Part shown: one piece after another, positions 33,147 through 43,957 of the stretch | Position numbering within the stretch: the first letter of the stretch is position 1 | Layout of the letters: each line of letters begins with the position of its first letter | DNA from: Cyclobacteriaceae bacterium | GTDB lineage: Bacteria > Bacteroidota > Bacteroidia > Cytophagales > Cyclobacteriaceae | Length of the DNA stretch: 64,000 nt | NCBI GenBank assembly: GCA_965242805.1 | Contig: CBDETD010000002.1 | Coordinates: 413,156 to 477,155 of the forward strand | Reading direction: 5' to 3' | Notes under the pieces: generated by a model | Told to the model about the DNA's origin: nothing | Database searches by the model: none | What the model saw: only the letters and a program-made list of their open reading frames with translations | Position numbers and translations under genes: made by a program

Positions 33147-36100
33147 ATGACAAACAACAGCCATATACCATCCCTCAGGATGATCAATATACTTGTGTTT
33201 TTTTCACTTTCCTTGATCATCTGTACTGCCAATGCTCAAAACTGGTACCAGGAAGATTTCTTCCCTGGCACACCCCGATCCGGGACTTCTTCCTTCGTGA
33301 TTGAGAATATGGCATTCATCGGACTGGGAGAAGATCAGGACACGGTCAATAATGATTTCTGGTCCTTTAACGACGAAAGCCGAAGCTGGCAGCAAATCAC
33401 TGACTTTCCTGCAGCTGCACGACGAGATGCCATAGCATTCTCTATTGGAGACATTGGTTATGTGGGTCTTGGTGAGAATGATGGTACCTACTTCCAGGAT
33501 TTCTATTCATATGATCCTACCACCGATGATTGGGATACCCTATCCAACTTTGGAGGCAGCGCACGTACTAAAGCCGTGGTGTTTGTAATTGGGGGATTTG
33601 CATACGTGGGTACTGGCCTGGACGATTCCGGAGAAACCAAAGACTTTTGGAAATATGACCCTTCAGATGACTCCTGGAGTCCTGTGTCTGACCTCGATGC
33701 AGATCAAAGGAAAAGTGCAACCGGATTCTCCATTGCGGATAAAGGATATGTGGTAGCGGGTGTCTATATCGATGGAGGCACCTTTCAACTGAGTGATATC
33801 CAGGAATACGACCCTGTCACGGATCAGTGGACCGAAAAAATCTTTGCTGATGGGCTAAACCTGGCGTTTATTGATGCTACCGCTTTCGTTAAAGACAATC
33901 TGGCATACATCCTCTACGGAAATCAGGATCACGTAGTGACCTATGACCCTGTTACCAACGAGATTGTAAACCTCGGAGACGTTTTATTTTTGGGTGACAA
34001 CAGATCGGCGCCTGTTGGTATCTCGATCGGAAGCAACAGTTATTTTGGCCTTGGTCTGGCCTCCCCTGACATTTTCACTCCTGTCTATAAGAGTGATTGG
34101 TGGAGATTTGGCCTTATAGATCCCCCTGAGGCTCCTTCATCTCTTTCGTTGGAAAACTCTACCGGCTCAGAAGTAGAGATCTCATGGGATGACAATTCCT
34201 TCACTGAAACTAGTTTTACCATTGAAAGAGCCATCTTGGACATGGCATTTGAGGAGATTGGAGAAGCTGGGATCAATCAAACTTCCTTTGTCGATACCAA
34301 TGTGGTTCCAGGTGTCGTCTACTCCTATCGGGTAGCAGCCATCAACGAAGGCGGACAGTCCCCCTACTCCAATATTTTAGAGATCCAGGTTCCTAATTCG
34401 GCTCCAACCGGCATATCTCTGGCGGGTAATTCGATCTCTGAAGTAGCTCCTGCGGGGACAGTTGTAGGTCGTTTGGTATTAATTGATCCGGATAAGAATG
34501 ACCAAGGTACTTTTCAATTGACTTCTGGTAATGGAGATACTGACAACGCATCTTTTGTGTTAGAAAATGATCTTCTCACTTCAACTGCTACTTTTGAATT
34601 TATTGAAAATCAAACACTTAGTATCCGTGTTCGTGGAACGGATCTTTCCGGTGAATCATTTGATCAGGCCCTTTCCATTGAAGTACGTCCGGCATTTGGA
34701 AAATCCCGAATATTCGTCCCTACCTACAGGCCATCAATTGAGTCGTTGGATCTGGTAACCGGCGAATTGGACACTTTACTTCAGGGACATCGGTTAATAG
34801 ACTACCTGCTGTCACCTACTGACCAGGCCATTTATTGGCTTGACATGGGTATAAGGGCTCTTCGAAAGGAATCGTACGATCTCAATGAATCTAAAACCAT
34901 AGTGGAAAACCTGGATGAAGGTACTCAGTGGATCTATCTGGACGAAGCTGAAGATCAGTTTTACTTTGTTGGAGGACGAAAGATCTATACAAGTGCAAGG
35001 GATGGATCCAATTTGGAAGAGATCTATGACCACGACTTTAATCAAACTGGAGGATTCACCATTAATTACCCTGCTTTTGATCGTATTAACAAACAGTTCT
35101 TCTGGGTCATTGGAGATTCACTGTTTCAGGTTAATCCTTTTACAGGCTTTATTAATTCTGCCCCGGCCCCGGGTGGACGGTGGTTTGATGTAACGGTTGA
35201 CGAAAAAGACGATAAAGTGTTCTGGTACAGTGATACAAGCCTCCATGCACATAACATTTCGGATATTGATCAATCCGAAGTTGTAGTTCAGGGCTTTGAC
35301 CGGATCCGTGACTTTACACTGGACTCGATCTCCAATAAGATCTACATTGTGGGTGACACGGCTGGTATCTATTCCGTGGATATCTATAAAATGAACTACG
35401 ATGGATCTGAATTTGAAAAGATCTTTGAAGGAGTATTGGACCTGGACGAACCTGAAATTGATTTAATCAATCAGCGGATCTATGTGGTGTCGAGGTCACT
35501 GGATCGAATCGTCAGTTTTAACCTTCAGGGGGACGATCCTGATACACTGTTTGCTGCGAACTTTTCCTCTGCCGAATTCAAATTAGACCCTGAAAACGAC
35601 ATCATTGTGATCAATTATGATAATGCCGGGATAAATGGGAATAGAGAATTGAGCATTGCTACAATTGATGATACCACTACCCTTGTGGATGTGTTACCCG
35701 TTGAGTTAGATGATCCGATTGGTCTTTTTGTAGATGAAGAGCACGGAAAGATCTATTATCCGGAAAAAAATCGTGGTACAATGCATAGCATGAACCTTGA
35801 CGGAACGGGTGACAAGATCTTATTTGATGGCTTGACAAGTCCAGGTCATCCTACGTATGATCCGAATAATGCCAAGATATACTGGGTCATGGAAGCGGGA
35901 CGTGGATGTAACAACGGTAACGGTGCAAGTATCTGGCGGTCCAATCTCGACGGGAGTGATTGTGAAGTGATCGTTCCTTGTCAGGATCAGAAGGGTTATC
36001 ATGCCGCCTATGCCCTGGATGCAGAGGGTCAAAGTATTTATTGGTACAATGACGTGGAATTCACAGTAGTTAAACACGACATTGCAAGTAATGAGCAAGC

Positions 36101-37496
36101 GGTATTACTGGACAGCTTAGAACTTGAGGTCTTTGCGGATCGTGTTCTTTACCGTGATGGTAATCTATGGATCCAGACCTGGTTTGATGATCTATATGAA
36201 ATTGATCTTTCAACAGACTCTGTAACAAAAATTTCGGAGTCTGCTGACGCTATGTTCCCTGACTTCAGGTTTGGAAGGCTTTACTTCAAAGACAATCAGA
36301 GAACCGATCTGAGGTATTTCGACCTGAATGATAGGAACGTCAAAAGCCATCCTTCGGAATTTGGGGATGATTTCACTCGATATGGAGGAGTGTACTCACT
36401 TGAAAATGAGTCCCCTACCTCAATTTCGCTATCCAATAATTCTATTATTCAGAACCGACCTGATGGCCAATTGATTGGGATACTGGAGACGGAAGATCCA
36501 AATGAAGGTGATACCCATACTTATGAGTTTCTGAATGAAGAAGCTTATGAGTATTTCACCATTGAAGGAAATGAGCTTCTTTCGGGGACCACATTTGTTT
36601 TTTCACAACAGCCTTCTTACGATATCATGGTGTCCAGTATGGATCCTGTAGGTGGAAAAATAACACAGTCGTTTACCATTTTTGTGGATCAGGAACCAGG
36701 CTTGCAAAACCCCACAGACATCCTTCTTACTAACAATGAGATCCAATCCTATGCATTGGATGGTGAGCTCGTTGGAATACTGTCTTCGGTTGATCCGGAT
36801 ACTACTGAACAAACGTTTACCTATGATATTGAGCCCAATGATTATTTCAGACTTGGTAATGTTGATAATTTATTCGTTATGGGAGATCTCAACGTGCAGG
36901 ACACCATCATTGAAGTTACAATTACAACAACCGATCAAACGGATCTTTCCTTTACGAAGTCACTTGATATAGTGGTTCTGGAAAACAACCCTCCCACTAA
37001 TATCACTTTGAGCAACAATCAATTAAAAGGACAGGCATCATCGGGTACAGTGGTTGGAGAATTTTCTACAGATGATCCTGATTTGACCCAAACTCATCAA
37101 TACACAATTCCGGAAAATGATTTCTTTGAAGTAGAGGAGAATCGATTACTTAATATTCGAGATGACCTGGAAGATACGGTCATCACCATTATGGTCACAA
37201 CTGCAGACCCGGGAGGGCTAATATTCACTAAAGAATTTGAGGTGATCATCAGTGAAGTACTTGGGTTAGCCAATGAAAAAAATTGGATTTACCCCAACCC
37301 TACATCAGGTTTAAGCACTATCAAAAATGTAATTCCAGGAAAAGAATTGAAGATATATGACCTGAATGGTGTTGTACACTTATTCGTCATTCCTTCGTCT
37401 AACGAGTTGCAAATTGATTTGAGACAATTGGATCCCGGAATCTACCTCGTTCTCCAAGATGGATGGTCGAGGCCAAGACGTCTCCTTTTAAGATAG
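33147..37496 (+). CDS. Giant T9SS-secreted adhesin-like protein: Kelch repeats, FN3, cadherin-like repeats, YWTD-type beta-propeller repeats and a T9SS CTD
   Basis: Kelch-like repeats include YSYDPTTDDWDTL, WKYDPSDDSWSPV and QEYDPVTDQWTE. The FN3 segment is PEAPSSLSLENSTGSEVEISWDD...YSYRVAAINEGGQSPYS. Cadherin-like repeats include NSAPTGISLAGNSISEVAPAGTVVGRL and NNPPTNITLSNNQLKGQASSGTVVGEF. There are many YWTD-like blades (AIYWLD, KVFWYSD, KIYWVM, SIYWYN). The CTD is WIYPNPTSGLSTIKN...PGIYLVLQ. Confidence 0.8.
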   Translation: MTNNSHIPSLRMINILVFFSLSLIICTANAQNWYQEDFFPGTPRSGTSSFVIENMAFIGLGEDQDTVNNDFWSFNDESRSWQQITDFPAAARRDAIAFSIGDIGYVGLGENDGTYFQDFYSYDPTTDDWDTLSNFGGSARTKAVVFVIGGFAYVGTGLDDSGETKDFWKYDPSDDSWSPVSDLDADQRKSATGFSIADKGYVVAGVYIDGGTFQLSDIQEYDPVTDQWTEKIFADGLNLAFIDATAFVKDNLAYILYGNQDHVVTYDPVTNEIVNLGDVLFLGDNRSAPVGISIGSNSYFGLGLASPDIFTPVYKSDWWRFGLIDPPEAPSSLSLENSTGSEVEISWDDNSFTETSFTIERAILDMAFEEIGEAGINQTSFVDTNVVPGVVYSYRVAAINEGGQSPYSNILEIQVPNSAPTGISLAGNSISEVAPAGTVVGRLVLIDPDKNDQGTFQLTSGNGDTDNASFVLENDLLTSTATFEFIENQTLSIRVRGTDLSGESFDQALSIEVRPAFGKSRIFVPTYRPSIESLDLVTGELDTLLQGHRLIDYLLSPTDQAIYWLDMGIRALRKESYDLNESKTIVENLDEGTQWIYLDEAEDQFYFVGGRKIYTSARDGSNLEEIYDHDFNQTGGFTINYPAFDRINKQFFWVIGDSLFQVNPFTGFINSAPAPGGRWFDVTVDEKDDKVFWYSDTSLHAHNISDIDQSEVVVQGFDRIRDFTLDSISNKIYIVGDTAGIYSVDIYKMNYDGSEFEKIFEGVLDLDEPEIDLINQRIYVVSRSLDRIVSFNLQGDDPDTLFAANFSSAEFKLDPENDIIVINYDNAGINGNRELSIATIDDTTTLVDVLPVELDDPIGLFVDEEHGKIYYPEKNRGTMHSMNLDGTGDKILFDGLTSPGHPTYDPNNAKIYWVMEAGRGCNNGNGASIWRSNLDGSDCEVIVPCQDQKGYHAAYALDAEGQSIYWYNDVEFTVVKHDIASNEQAVLLDSLELEVFADRVLYRDGNLWIQTWFDDLYEIDLSTDSVTKISESADAMFPDFRFGRLYFKDNQRTDLRYFDLNDRNVKSHPSEFGDDFTRYGGVYSLENESPTSISLSNNSIIQNRPDGQLIGILETEDPNEGDTHTYEFLNEEAYEYFTIEGNELLSGTTFVFSQQPSYDIMVSSMDPVGGKITQSFTIFVDQEPGLQNPTDILLTNNEIQSYALDGELVGILSSVDPDTTEQTFTYDIEPNDYFRLGNVDNLFVMGDLNVQDTIIEVTITTTDQTDLSFTKSLDIVVLENNPPTNITLSNNQLKGQASSGTVVGEFSTDDPDLTQTHQYTIPENDFFEVEENRLLNIRDDLEDTVITIMVTTADPGGLIFTKEFEVIISEVLGLANEKNWIYPNPTSGLSTIKNVIPGKELKIYDLNGVVHLFVIPSSNELQIDLRQLDPGIYLVLQDGWSRPRRLLLR

Positions 37497-37581
37497 ATTG
37501 GATTGCAATGCCAATATCTGTAAAATAGTTTATAGGGAATTGGTATCTTGTGATTTCTGGATTGAATGAGCTTAAATAAGT

Positions 37582-38373
37582 ATGGATCCTCATGACAAGC
37601 ACACAGGCAGTCCCAAAGGTCCTGATAATAATCTTGACCTGAAACAATATAACGTCCTCTATGTCGATGATGAGCCGAACAACCTGCTACTCTTCAAGGC
37701 GTCCTTCCAGCGGGAGTTCAATATAATTACCGCAGAGTCCGGTCAAGACGGTCTTCAAATCCTATCCAAGAAACCCATCCATCTAATTGTCACCGATCAG
37801 AAAATGCCGAAGATGACTGGTATGCAGTTTCTGAAAAAGGTCAAAAAGAAATGGCCCTATTTGAAATTCATACTACTGACCGGATTCTTTGAACACGATG
37901 TCATCACCGAAGCCATCAATGAAGTTGGTATTTATTGCTACCTCAATAAACCCATGGACCTGGAACAAATGAAAACCCTGATGACCAAGGGTCTGGAATC
38001 CTACCAGCTTGAAATGGACAAAAATTATGTGGATCAGCAATTACGGGACTACAAGCTACGATATGAGCAATTCCTGTCCAGTGCCATTGACGGGATTGTT
38101 ATCATAGATGATGAACTAACGATTATGACGATAAATCCGGCTATCACTCGCATGTTTGGTTACAAGGAAGAACAACTTGTCGGTCACCCTGCCTCTACTC
38201 TGTTACCAGGCGTTTTTGATCACGAAATTGGTAATGATTATCTGAACATTTCGGCGAAAAACGGGCAAAACGAGTATATTCCAGTGGAAGTTGCTATCTC
38301 CACCATGGAGCTAAATAGTAAAAAGGTCTACTGTGCAATCATCAGGGATATACATCGTCGACCGAAAACTTGA
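37582..38373 (+). CDS. Response-regulator receiver domain fused to a PAS domain (no DNA-binding or enzymatic output)
   Basis: The REC domain reads VLYVDDEPNNLLLFK...LIVTDQKMPKMTGMQFL...ILLTGF...LNKP. The PAS domain reads IVIIDDELTIMTINPAITRMFGYKEEQLVGHPASTLLP. Confidence 0.8.
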   Translation: MDPHDKHTGSPKGPDNNLDLKQYNVLYVDDEPNNLLLFKASFQREFNIITAESGQDGLQILSKKPIHLIVTDQKMPKMTGMQFLKKVKKKWPYLKFILLTGFFEHDVITEAINEVGIYCYLNKPMDLEQMKTLMTKGLESYQLEMDKNYVDQQLRDYKLRYEQFLSSAIDGIVIIDDELTIMTINPAITRMFGYKEEQLVGHPASTLLPGVFDHEIGNDYLNISAKNGQNEYIPVEVAISTMELNSKKVYCAIIRDIHRRPKT

Positions 38374-38484
38374 CACATCGATCAGGTATCCTATCCATAC
38401 TTTCCCGTCCGTTTAAATAGAATATTGATCCAACTACTGATCTATTTCGTAATGAGGATTGTGAACTAACCTCTTATTCTCTGT

Positions 38485-40071
38485 ATGAAAGCCTTCCTCC
38501 TGCTGCTTGCAGTTATCGTATTATCCGGATGTTCTTCCCCTACCAGTACTGATCAACTCAATCCACCCGAAATCTGGGGAGATCTTGAATCGGGTCCTTA
38601 TGTGGTAGGATTTAAAACACATTTCCTATTTGACAAGACCAAACCACCTGTCCCGTACGTCAACTGGCAAGACGACATTTTTCCAACTAATGAAACCATT
38701 GGTCGTCAAATGCAACTTAACCTTTGGTATCCTGCAGCAAAAGTCTCCGGAAAGCGTGTTTCTTTTGGTGACTACGTAGATCTCATATCACAGCAAACAG
38801 ATTTTTCTATATTAGATACCGGCAAGGTCAGTTTCGCTAATGATCAGTTTATCCTGAAAACCAATCTCCTGGGTGGTAACGGTGAATTCACCCTTGAAAA
38901 GCTTGAAAAACTACGCGCACTACCGACATATGCCTATGATGAAGCCATTCCTGCTGAAGGTCAATTTCCTCTTATCCTCTTCCCAAATGGTAGTTCTCCC
39001 GCGTCCCAAAGCCTGATGTGTGAGTTTCTGGCCAGTTATGGCTTTGTAGTGGCTGGATTCGCTCCTAAAGGCCAATTCGGCTCCCTCAACGAAGCCTCAA
39101 CCAAAGGGATTGAGATGGCCGTAAGTGACATTGAATTTGCGGTTCAACAGCTGTCCAACATCCCATCCGTAGATATCAATAACCTCGCTTTGATCGGTAA
39201 CGCTATCAACTCCTCTCATATTACGGCCTATCAGACGAGAAATCCGAAGGTGAAATGCCTGGTAAGCCTTGAAGGTGGTTTATTGAGTGCGTTTGAGCAG
39301 CGTCTCCTTGATAAAACTGTATTCTATGAGCCTGGAGCAGTAAATGTCCCCATTTTGGCCATATACGCTCCCCACCCCTCTATTTACCCCTCCTACATCT
39401 CTCATTTGAAATACTCGGATCGGTATTTCTTCCATTTCCCCCAAATGTCGGAGTTTCATTTCCTGAATTATGGCCTGCTTGAACAGTTTGTCCCTGACAT
39501 CATCGGAAAACCTAAAGGTAATGTGCAGGAAGGCTATGAGTCAGGAGCTGAAATCATCCTGAATTTCATGCAAACCTTCCTGCTCAACAGTCAGGACAAG
39601 CGTGATTTCTATGTTCAGTATGAAGACAGTTACCCCGAAGGTGTGGACACTCTATTTCAATTCAATTCAGTACCACAACCACCTGATATATTGTCTGTTA
39701 AGAATAGTTATCGAAAGTTGGGTTTCTCGTACATCGACAGCATTTACAACGCTCATAAACCAGTGGACACTCAACCCTTTTCATTGTCCTTTTACACAGA
39801 CATAAAGGACTGGTTGGCCTGGAAAAAGGATGAAGAATATGTGAACCGTAAGAAGTTATATGCCTTAGCCTATGATAGTTATCCTAACTCTGTGGAGGTA
39901 AACTTTTACCTGGGTTATTTCGCGCTGATGACCAAAGACACTGATCTCACAAAGAAACATTACGCTATCGCTCAACAGCTGATAGATCGTGGTACTGATC
40001 CTGAACTCACCATGGGTCGTAAACAACAAATTGAACGGTACATGGAGGAAGATCTGAAGACCCTGGAATAA
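38485..40071 (+). CDS. Lipoprotein alpha/beta hydrolase (PAF-acetylhydrolase/dienelactone-hydrolase-like) with a helical C-terminal domain
   Basis: The lipobox is VLSGCSS. The N-terminal region is paralogous to the frameshifted gene at 18827..19971. The C-terminal TPR-like helices read NFYLGYFALMTKDTDLTKKHYAIAQQLI. Confidence 0.55.
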   Translation: MKAFLLLLAVIVLSGCSSPTSTDQLNPPEIWGDLESGPYVVGFKTHFLFDKTKPPVPYVNWQDDIFPTNETIGRQMQLNLWYPAAKVSGKRVSFGDYVDLISQQTDFSILDTGKVSFANDQFILKTNLLGGNGEFTLEKLEKLRALPTYAYDEAIPAEGQFPLILFPNGSSPASQSLMCEFLASYGFVVAGFAPKGQFGSLNEASTKGIEMAVSDIEFAVQQLSNIPSVDINNLALIGNAINSSHITAYQTRNPKVKCLVSLEGGLLSAFEQRLLDKTVFYEPGAVNVPILAIYAPHPSIYPSYISHLKYSDRYFFHFPQMSEFHFLNYGLLEQFVPDIIGKPKGNVQEGYESGAEIILNFMQTFLLNSQDKRDFYVQYEDSYPEGVDTLFQFNSVPQPPDILSVKNSYRKLGFSYIDSIYNAHKPVDTQPFSLSFYTDIKDWLAWKKDEEYVNRKKLYALAYDSYPNSVEVNFYLGYFALMTKDTDLTKKHYAIAQQLIDRGTDPELTMGRKQQIERYMEEDLKTLE

Positions 40072-40080
40072 AAAAACTCC

Positions 40081-41295
40081 TTATTCATCTTTTCTTTTCG
40101 TTGTTTGATAAATTGCATCAAGCAGGCTCCCCTCCTCTTTTGTGTCATTACCGAGTTCCCAGAACATGACACCTCCCAACCCTTCATCAATAGCGTATTG
40201 GATTTTTAATCGGACAGATACGGTGTCATCGTAGGAAACAAGGATACTATCCAGGGCATTGTAAAGAAATGAGGCCTTTGCTTTTTCGTCCCAATGTCTA
40301 ACGAAGTTTCCGTCTGACTCAAACTCCCTCCGGATATTGGCATAGGCCGTCCATCCCCTGTAGATCCCACCACTCAATTGATAGAGACCTTTGTTCTCTG
40401 GGGGCACACCTTTCCACGCTCGTCCGTAAAATGCTGCGCCGATTACGATTTGCTCAGGCTTTGTACCTCGATCTATCAGAAAATTAACAATCTTCTCGAC
40501 GGATCTCGGGCCTGGATCTTTATTGGATCCAGACTGATAACTACTATCGAGCTTCAAACCAAATGGTGTTCCTTCTACAGATTTCAGTCCGGCATCCCCC
40601 AGAGGTGTATGATGCGCGGTATATATGGAATAGCCTCCTACCTGATCGTAGGTCATCACATTCATATAATCTGCATACTTCATCACTTCCTCCGTCTCAA
40701 TATGATCATAGTATCGTTTCCACCCGGCGGAAGCAAACGTCAGGGTCTGAGGTTTGTCAATGGTATTGAGTTGCTCTCTTAGTCCTTTCATCAGCAATGT
40801 AAAGTTCTCCCGGTCCTCCGGACGGGCCATTGTACCTGCTCCGGAAATGGAAGGATATTCCCAATCGATGTCTATTCCATCCAGCTCATACCTTTTGACA
40901 AACTCAATGGCACTTTCAATAAAGCCACTCCTGCTTTGCTCCGTCAATGCCATGTCTGAAAAACCATCAGCTCCCCACCCACCACATGCAATCATGACCT
41001 TCAGCTCTGGATTCCTTTCCTTCTGATCCACTAATTGTTGCAGTTTCAGGCCCTGCACCTCAGGATCTCTGAATGCCATTTCTCCATCAATCACATGTGT
41101 GAAGGAAAATATGATGTGAGTAAGTTTTTCAACCGGTATGCTTTCCGGTTGATAATTCTTTTCCGGAACGTAGTAGGCCATGACAACTGGACCATCCGGT
41201 TTTGTCTCCTGGTATTCCTTTGGTTCGCAGGAAGCTATGAAGATCAAACACACAAATCCGATTACTACCTGGAATGGGGAGAAATTCTTTACCAT
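40081..41295 (-). CDS. Glycoside hydrolase family 18 (chitinase-like) lipoprotein
   Basis: The lipobox is FIASCEP. The GH18 catalytic motif is YELDGIDIDWEYPS (DxxDxDxE). GGVMFWELGND lies near the C-terminus. Confidence 0.85.
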   Translation of the reverse strand: MVKNFSPFQVVIGFVCLIFIASCEPKEYQETKPDGPVVMAYYVPEKNYQPESIPVEKLTHIIFSFTHVIDGEMAFRDPEVQGLKLQQLVDQKERNPELKVMIACGGWGADGFSDMALTEQSRSGFIESAIEFVKRYELDGIDIDWEYPSISGAGTMARPEDRENFTLLMKGLREQLNTIDKPQTLTFASAGWKRYYDHIETEEVMKYADYMNVMTYDQVGGYSIYTAHHTPLGDAGLKSVEGTPFGLKLDSSYQSGSNKDPGPRSVEKIVNFLIDRGTKPEQIVIGAAFYGRAWKGVPPENKGLYQLSGGIYRGWTAYANIRREFESDGNFVRHWDEKAKASFLYNALDSILVSYDDTVSVRLKIQYAIDEGLGGVMFWELGNDTKEEGSLLDAIYQTTKRKDE

Positions 41296-41353
41296 AGGCT
41301 AAAGGTGCAAAAAAATGATAATACAACTGTGAGCAATTCGTTATTTGCTTTCC

Positions 41354-43957
41354 CTACTCATCCCTCAGCATTCTTACCGGATCCATCACCGTCACTCTCC
41401 ACGTGTGGTATCCACTGATGACCAGCATGATAAACATAAGCATGATATAGGATTGGGCAAACCTCAGGAGGTTGAGTTCTGCCTGATACGCATAGTGGTC
41501 CATCCACGCATGGACCAACCATATTGTTGGCACGATACTTAATATCATGGCAATCGCACCATATACGAAGTACTTCCTTTCCAAAAGCCAGAAGATCTGG
41601 CTTATTCCTGCCCCGAAGATCTTTCGTACAGAGATCTCCCTGGTCCGTCTTGAACTTGTGTATTGTGACATTCCAAACAGACCTAGACAGGCCAATCCTA
41701 CAACAACCAATGAAAGTATCTTCAATAAGTCCTTGAGTTCCACATCCTGGCTGTGGCTCGCTTCAAATTGCTGCTCAAGGAATCTGATATCCAGTGCTTC
41801 ATTGGGTGAATGTTCTTTCCAGGTATCAGTAATGTATTCAATTACATCCGAAGTGTTCTTTGTATCAAAATTTACGGTAATGACATTTGCATTGGGTGAA
41901 AGCATGAAATAACTCGGTTGCAATGCATCGTGTAGCGAGCGATAATTAAAATCTTTCACTACCCCTATCACACGTTGTGTCTTAATGACACGCCCTCCAC
42001 GAAACGAAACCTTTACCCTTTTTCCTATCGGATCTTTCCATCCAAAAGCCTTTACTGCAGATTCATTTAATATAAGTCCGGCTGTATCCTGCGCAAAATC
42101 CTTTTGAAACTCCCGTCCCTGCACAACCGGAACGCCAAGTGTCTCAAAATATCGATAGCCAATGAATCCCCTACTCATGGTGATGCCACTCTCCTCTCCT
42201 TCCGGTACGAGTTCATAATTCACACCTGCCGGCCATCTCAAGGGCAACTGACCGGAATTGGTGACATTGTGGATACCTGAGTGCTTCATGAGCTCATCCA
42301 TAAATACCGGATGACGGGAGGTCTGCTCATCGTATTGATTTCGTTCCATGTACAGTAATTGATCTTTTTGGAATCCCAGATCTTTTCTGAACAAAAGTTC
42401 GATCTGATCCTGGAAAAAGAATGAAGAAGTGATCAGAAAGAACGAAACCATGATCTGGATCATTACCAATCCCTGCAATAAACCGAATGATCGTCCGGTA
42501 CCCAGTATCTTACCGCGAATGGCATCCACGGCCTTGTATTTAAGTTGCAATAGAACTACATAAATACTTGAGAGGAAAGTGATTGCCAGGATCACAACAA
42601 TCGTCCTTAGAATGACATCCATAGTCATCAAAAGATCACTTTCAACTGTGATGCCACTCATATCAACAAATTTCAATACATAGAACGCACTGAAATATGC
42701 GATCAAAAGGCATAGGATCAGGGTTAGGAAGTTTTCGAAAAACAATTGGCTGGCTACCATTAATCCACTCGCTCCCTGCACTTTACGAATGGCTACCTCC
42801 TTCCCTTTCACAGCGCCCCTGGCAATGGTTATGTTGATGAAATTGATCGTGGTCAATATCAGGATAATGATCCCCACAACCATCACAATATTTACAAACT
42901 GAGGTTTACCATTTTGAGATAATTCCCAATCCGTCAGGCTTTTAAGATGAATGTCTTTCACTGGCATTAAACCATACGATTCATTTCCGGACAACTCACT
43001 GTATTTGGCCAGCTGATCCTCCAAAGTCATCAGGTCGGAATCGGGTCTAACCTTCACATAGTTGAAAATGAAATCAGCATATGACCAATCCGTTTTCAGA
43101 CGCTCTTTATCCCAAAAATCAGACTGGAACAGCGAAGAAACAGGAAGCAAGTAATCCGCCTGAAAATGTGTGTTTAAGGGAATATCTTCCATAATACCCG
43201 TAACAACATATCGCTGATTATCCAGGTGCACTGTCTTTCCCATGGCGTCTCCATCAAATATTTTCTGAGAAAGGGATTGGGAAACCACCACATTGTTGGG
43301 GCTCTCAAATACATGATCACTATTTCCGATCAACAGCTTAATACCAAATACTTTGAAAAAAGAGGTATTGGCATAATGTAATGATAGTTCTCCCCATGGC
43401 TTGCTTTCAGGATATCTGAAGTTCTTGCGATCCCAACGACCGTTGATGATCTGGACTACATCTGAAACTGCTGAGACATCATTCAGGAGGTATTGTCTAA
43501 AGAGATAACTGGTACCGTTTGAGGACCCCCCAAATCTATTGTCTCTTTCCGTTTTTACGATTCGGTATATGTCCTCTGCCTCCGGATGATAGTTATCATA
43601 ACTGTGTTCTTGAATGACAAAGACCATAATGAGTAATACGGATAAAATTCCAAGGGTTAATCCTCCGAAAGTAACAGCATATTCACCTGGTTTCAATTTG
43701 ACTGAACGGATATATACTTTCAGGAAATTGCGAAGAAGTCCCGGTGTGATCATATTCAATAGTCGCTTAAGGGAATGTATCCTTATGAGATTGATGACAT
43801 CAAACCACAATTTCAGATGAGCAATAAATGCGCTAGTGTTTTTGGATCTCCAATTAAAGTTCTCCTGGATGTCCCCAAGTAGCTCATCGTGGTCTTCCCT
43901 GGGACAGGTCCATCTGACAATTAATTCAATGAAGTGGTGAATTTTTCTATGGCTCAT
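41354..43957 (-). CDS. FtsX-like ABC-transporter permease (MacB-type double-FtsX) with an N-terminal cytoplasmic prefix domain
   Basis: The 867-aa protein has two FtsX-type four-helix modules separated by large extracytoplasmic MacB-like domains. It overlaps the upstream PadR gene by 4 nt. The PadR plus permease pairing is common in Bacteroidota. Confidence 0.85.
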   Translation of the reverse strand: MSHRKIHHFIELIVRWTCPREDHDELLGDIQENFNWRSKNTSAFIAHLKLWFDVINLIRIHSLKRLLNMITPGLLRNFLKVYIRSVKLKPGEYAVTFGGLTLGILSVLLIMVFVIQEHSYDNYHPEAEDIYRIVKTERDNRFGGSSNGTSYLFRQYLLNDVSAVSDVVQIINGRWDRKNFRYPESKPWGELSLHYANTSFFKVFGIKLLIGNSDHVFESPNNVVVSQSLSQKIFDGDAMGKTVHLDNQRYVVTGIMEDIPLNTHFQADYLLPVSSLFQSDFWDKERLKTDWSYADFIFNYVKVRPDSDLMTLEDQLAKYSELSGNESYGLMPVKDIHLKSLTDWELSQNGKPQFVNIVMVVGIIILILTTINFINITIARGAVKGKEVAIRKVQGASGLMVASQLFFENFLTLILCLLIAYFSAFYVLKFVDMSGITVESDLLMTMDVILRTIVVILAITFLSSIYVVLLQLKYKAVDAIRGKILGTGRSFGLLQGLVMIQIMVSFFLITSSFFFQDQIELLFRKDLGFQKDQLLYMERNQYDEQTSRHPVFMDELMKHSGIHNVTNSGQLPLRWPAGVNYELVPEGEESGITMSRGFIGYRYFETLGVPVVQGREFQKDFAQDTAGLILNESAVKAFGWKDPIGKRVKVSFRGGRVIKTQRVIGVVKDFNYRSLHDALQPSYFMLSPNANVITVNFDTKNTSDVIEYITDTWKEHSPNEALDIRFLEQQFEASHSQDVELKDLLKILSLVVVGLACLGLFGMSQYTSSRRTREISVRKIFGAGISQIFWLLERKYFVYGAIAMILSIVPTIWLVHAWMDHYAYQAELNLLRFAQSYIMLMFIMLVISGYHTWRVTVMDPVRMLRDE

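Noticed and set aside
41035-41418. 127-aa plus-strand ORF across the GH18 start and the GH18/FtsX intergenic gap
   Set aside because: It overlaps the 5' end of the GH18 gene and the 3' end of the permease gene on the opposite strand, and has no features.
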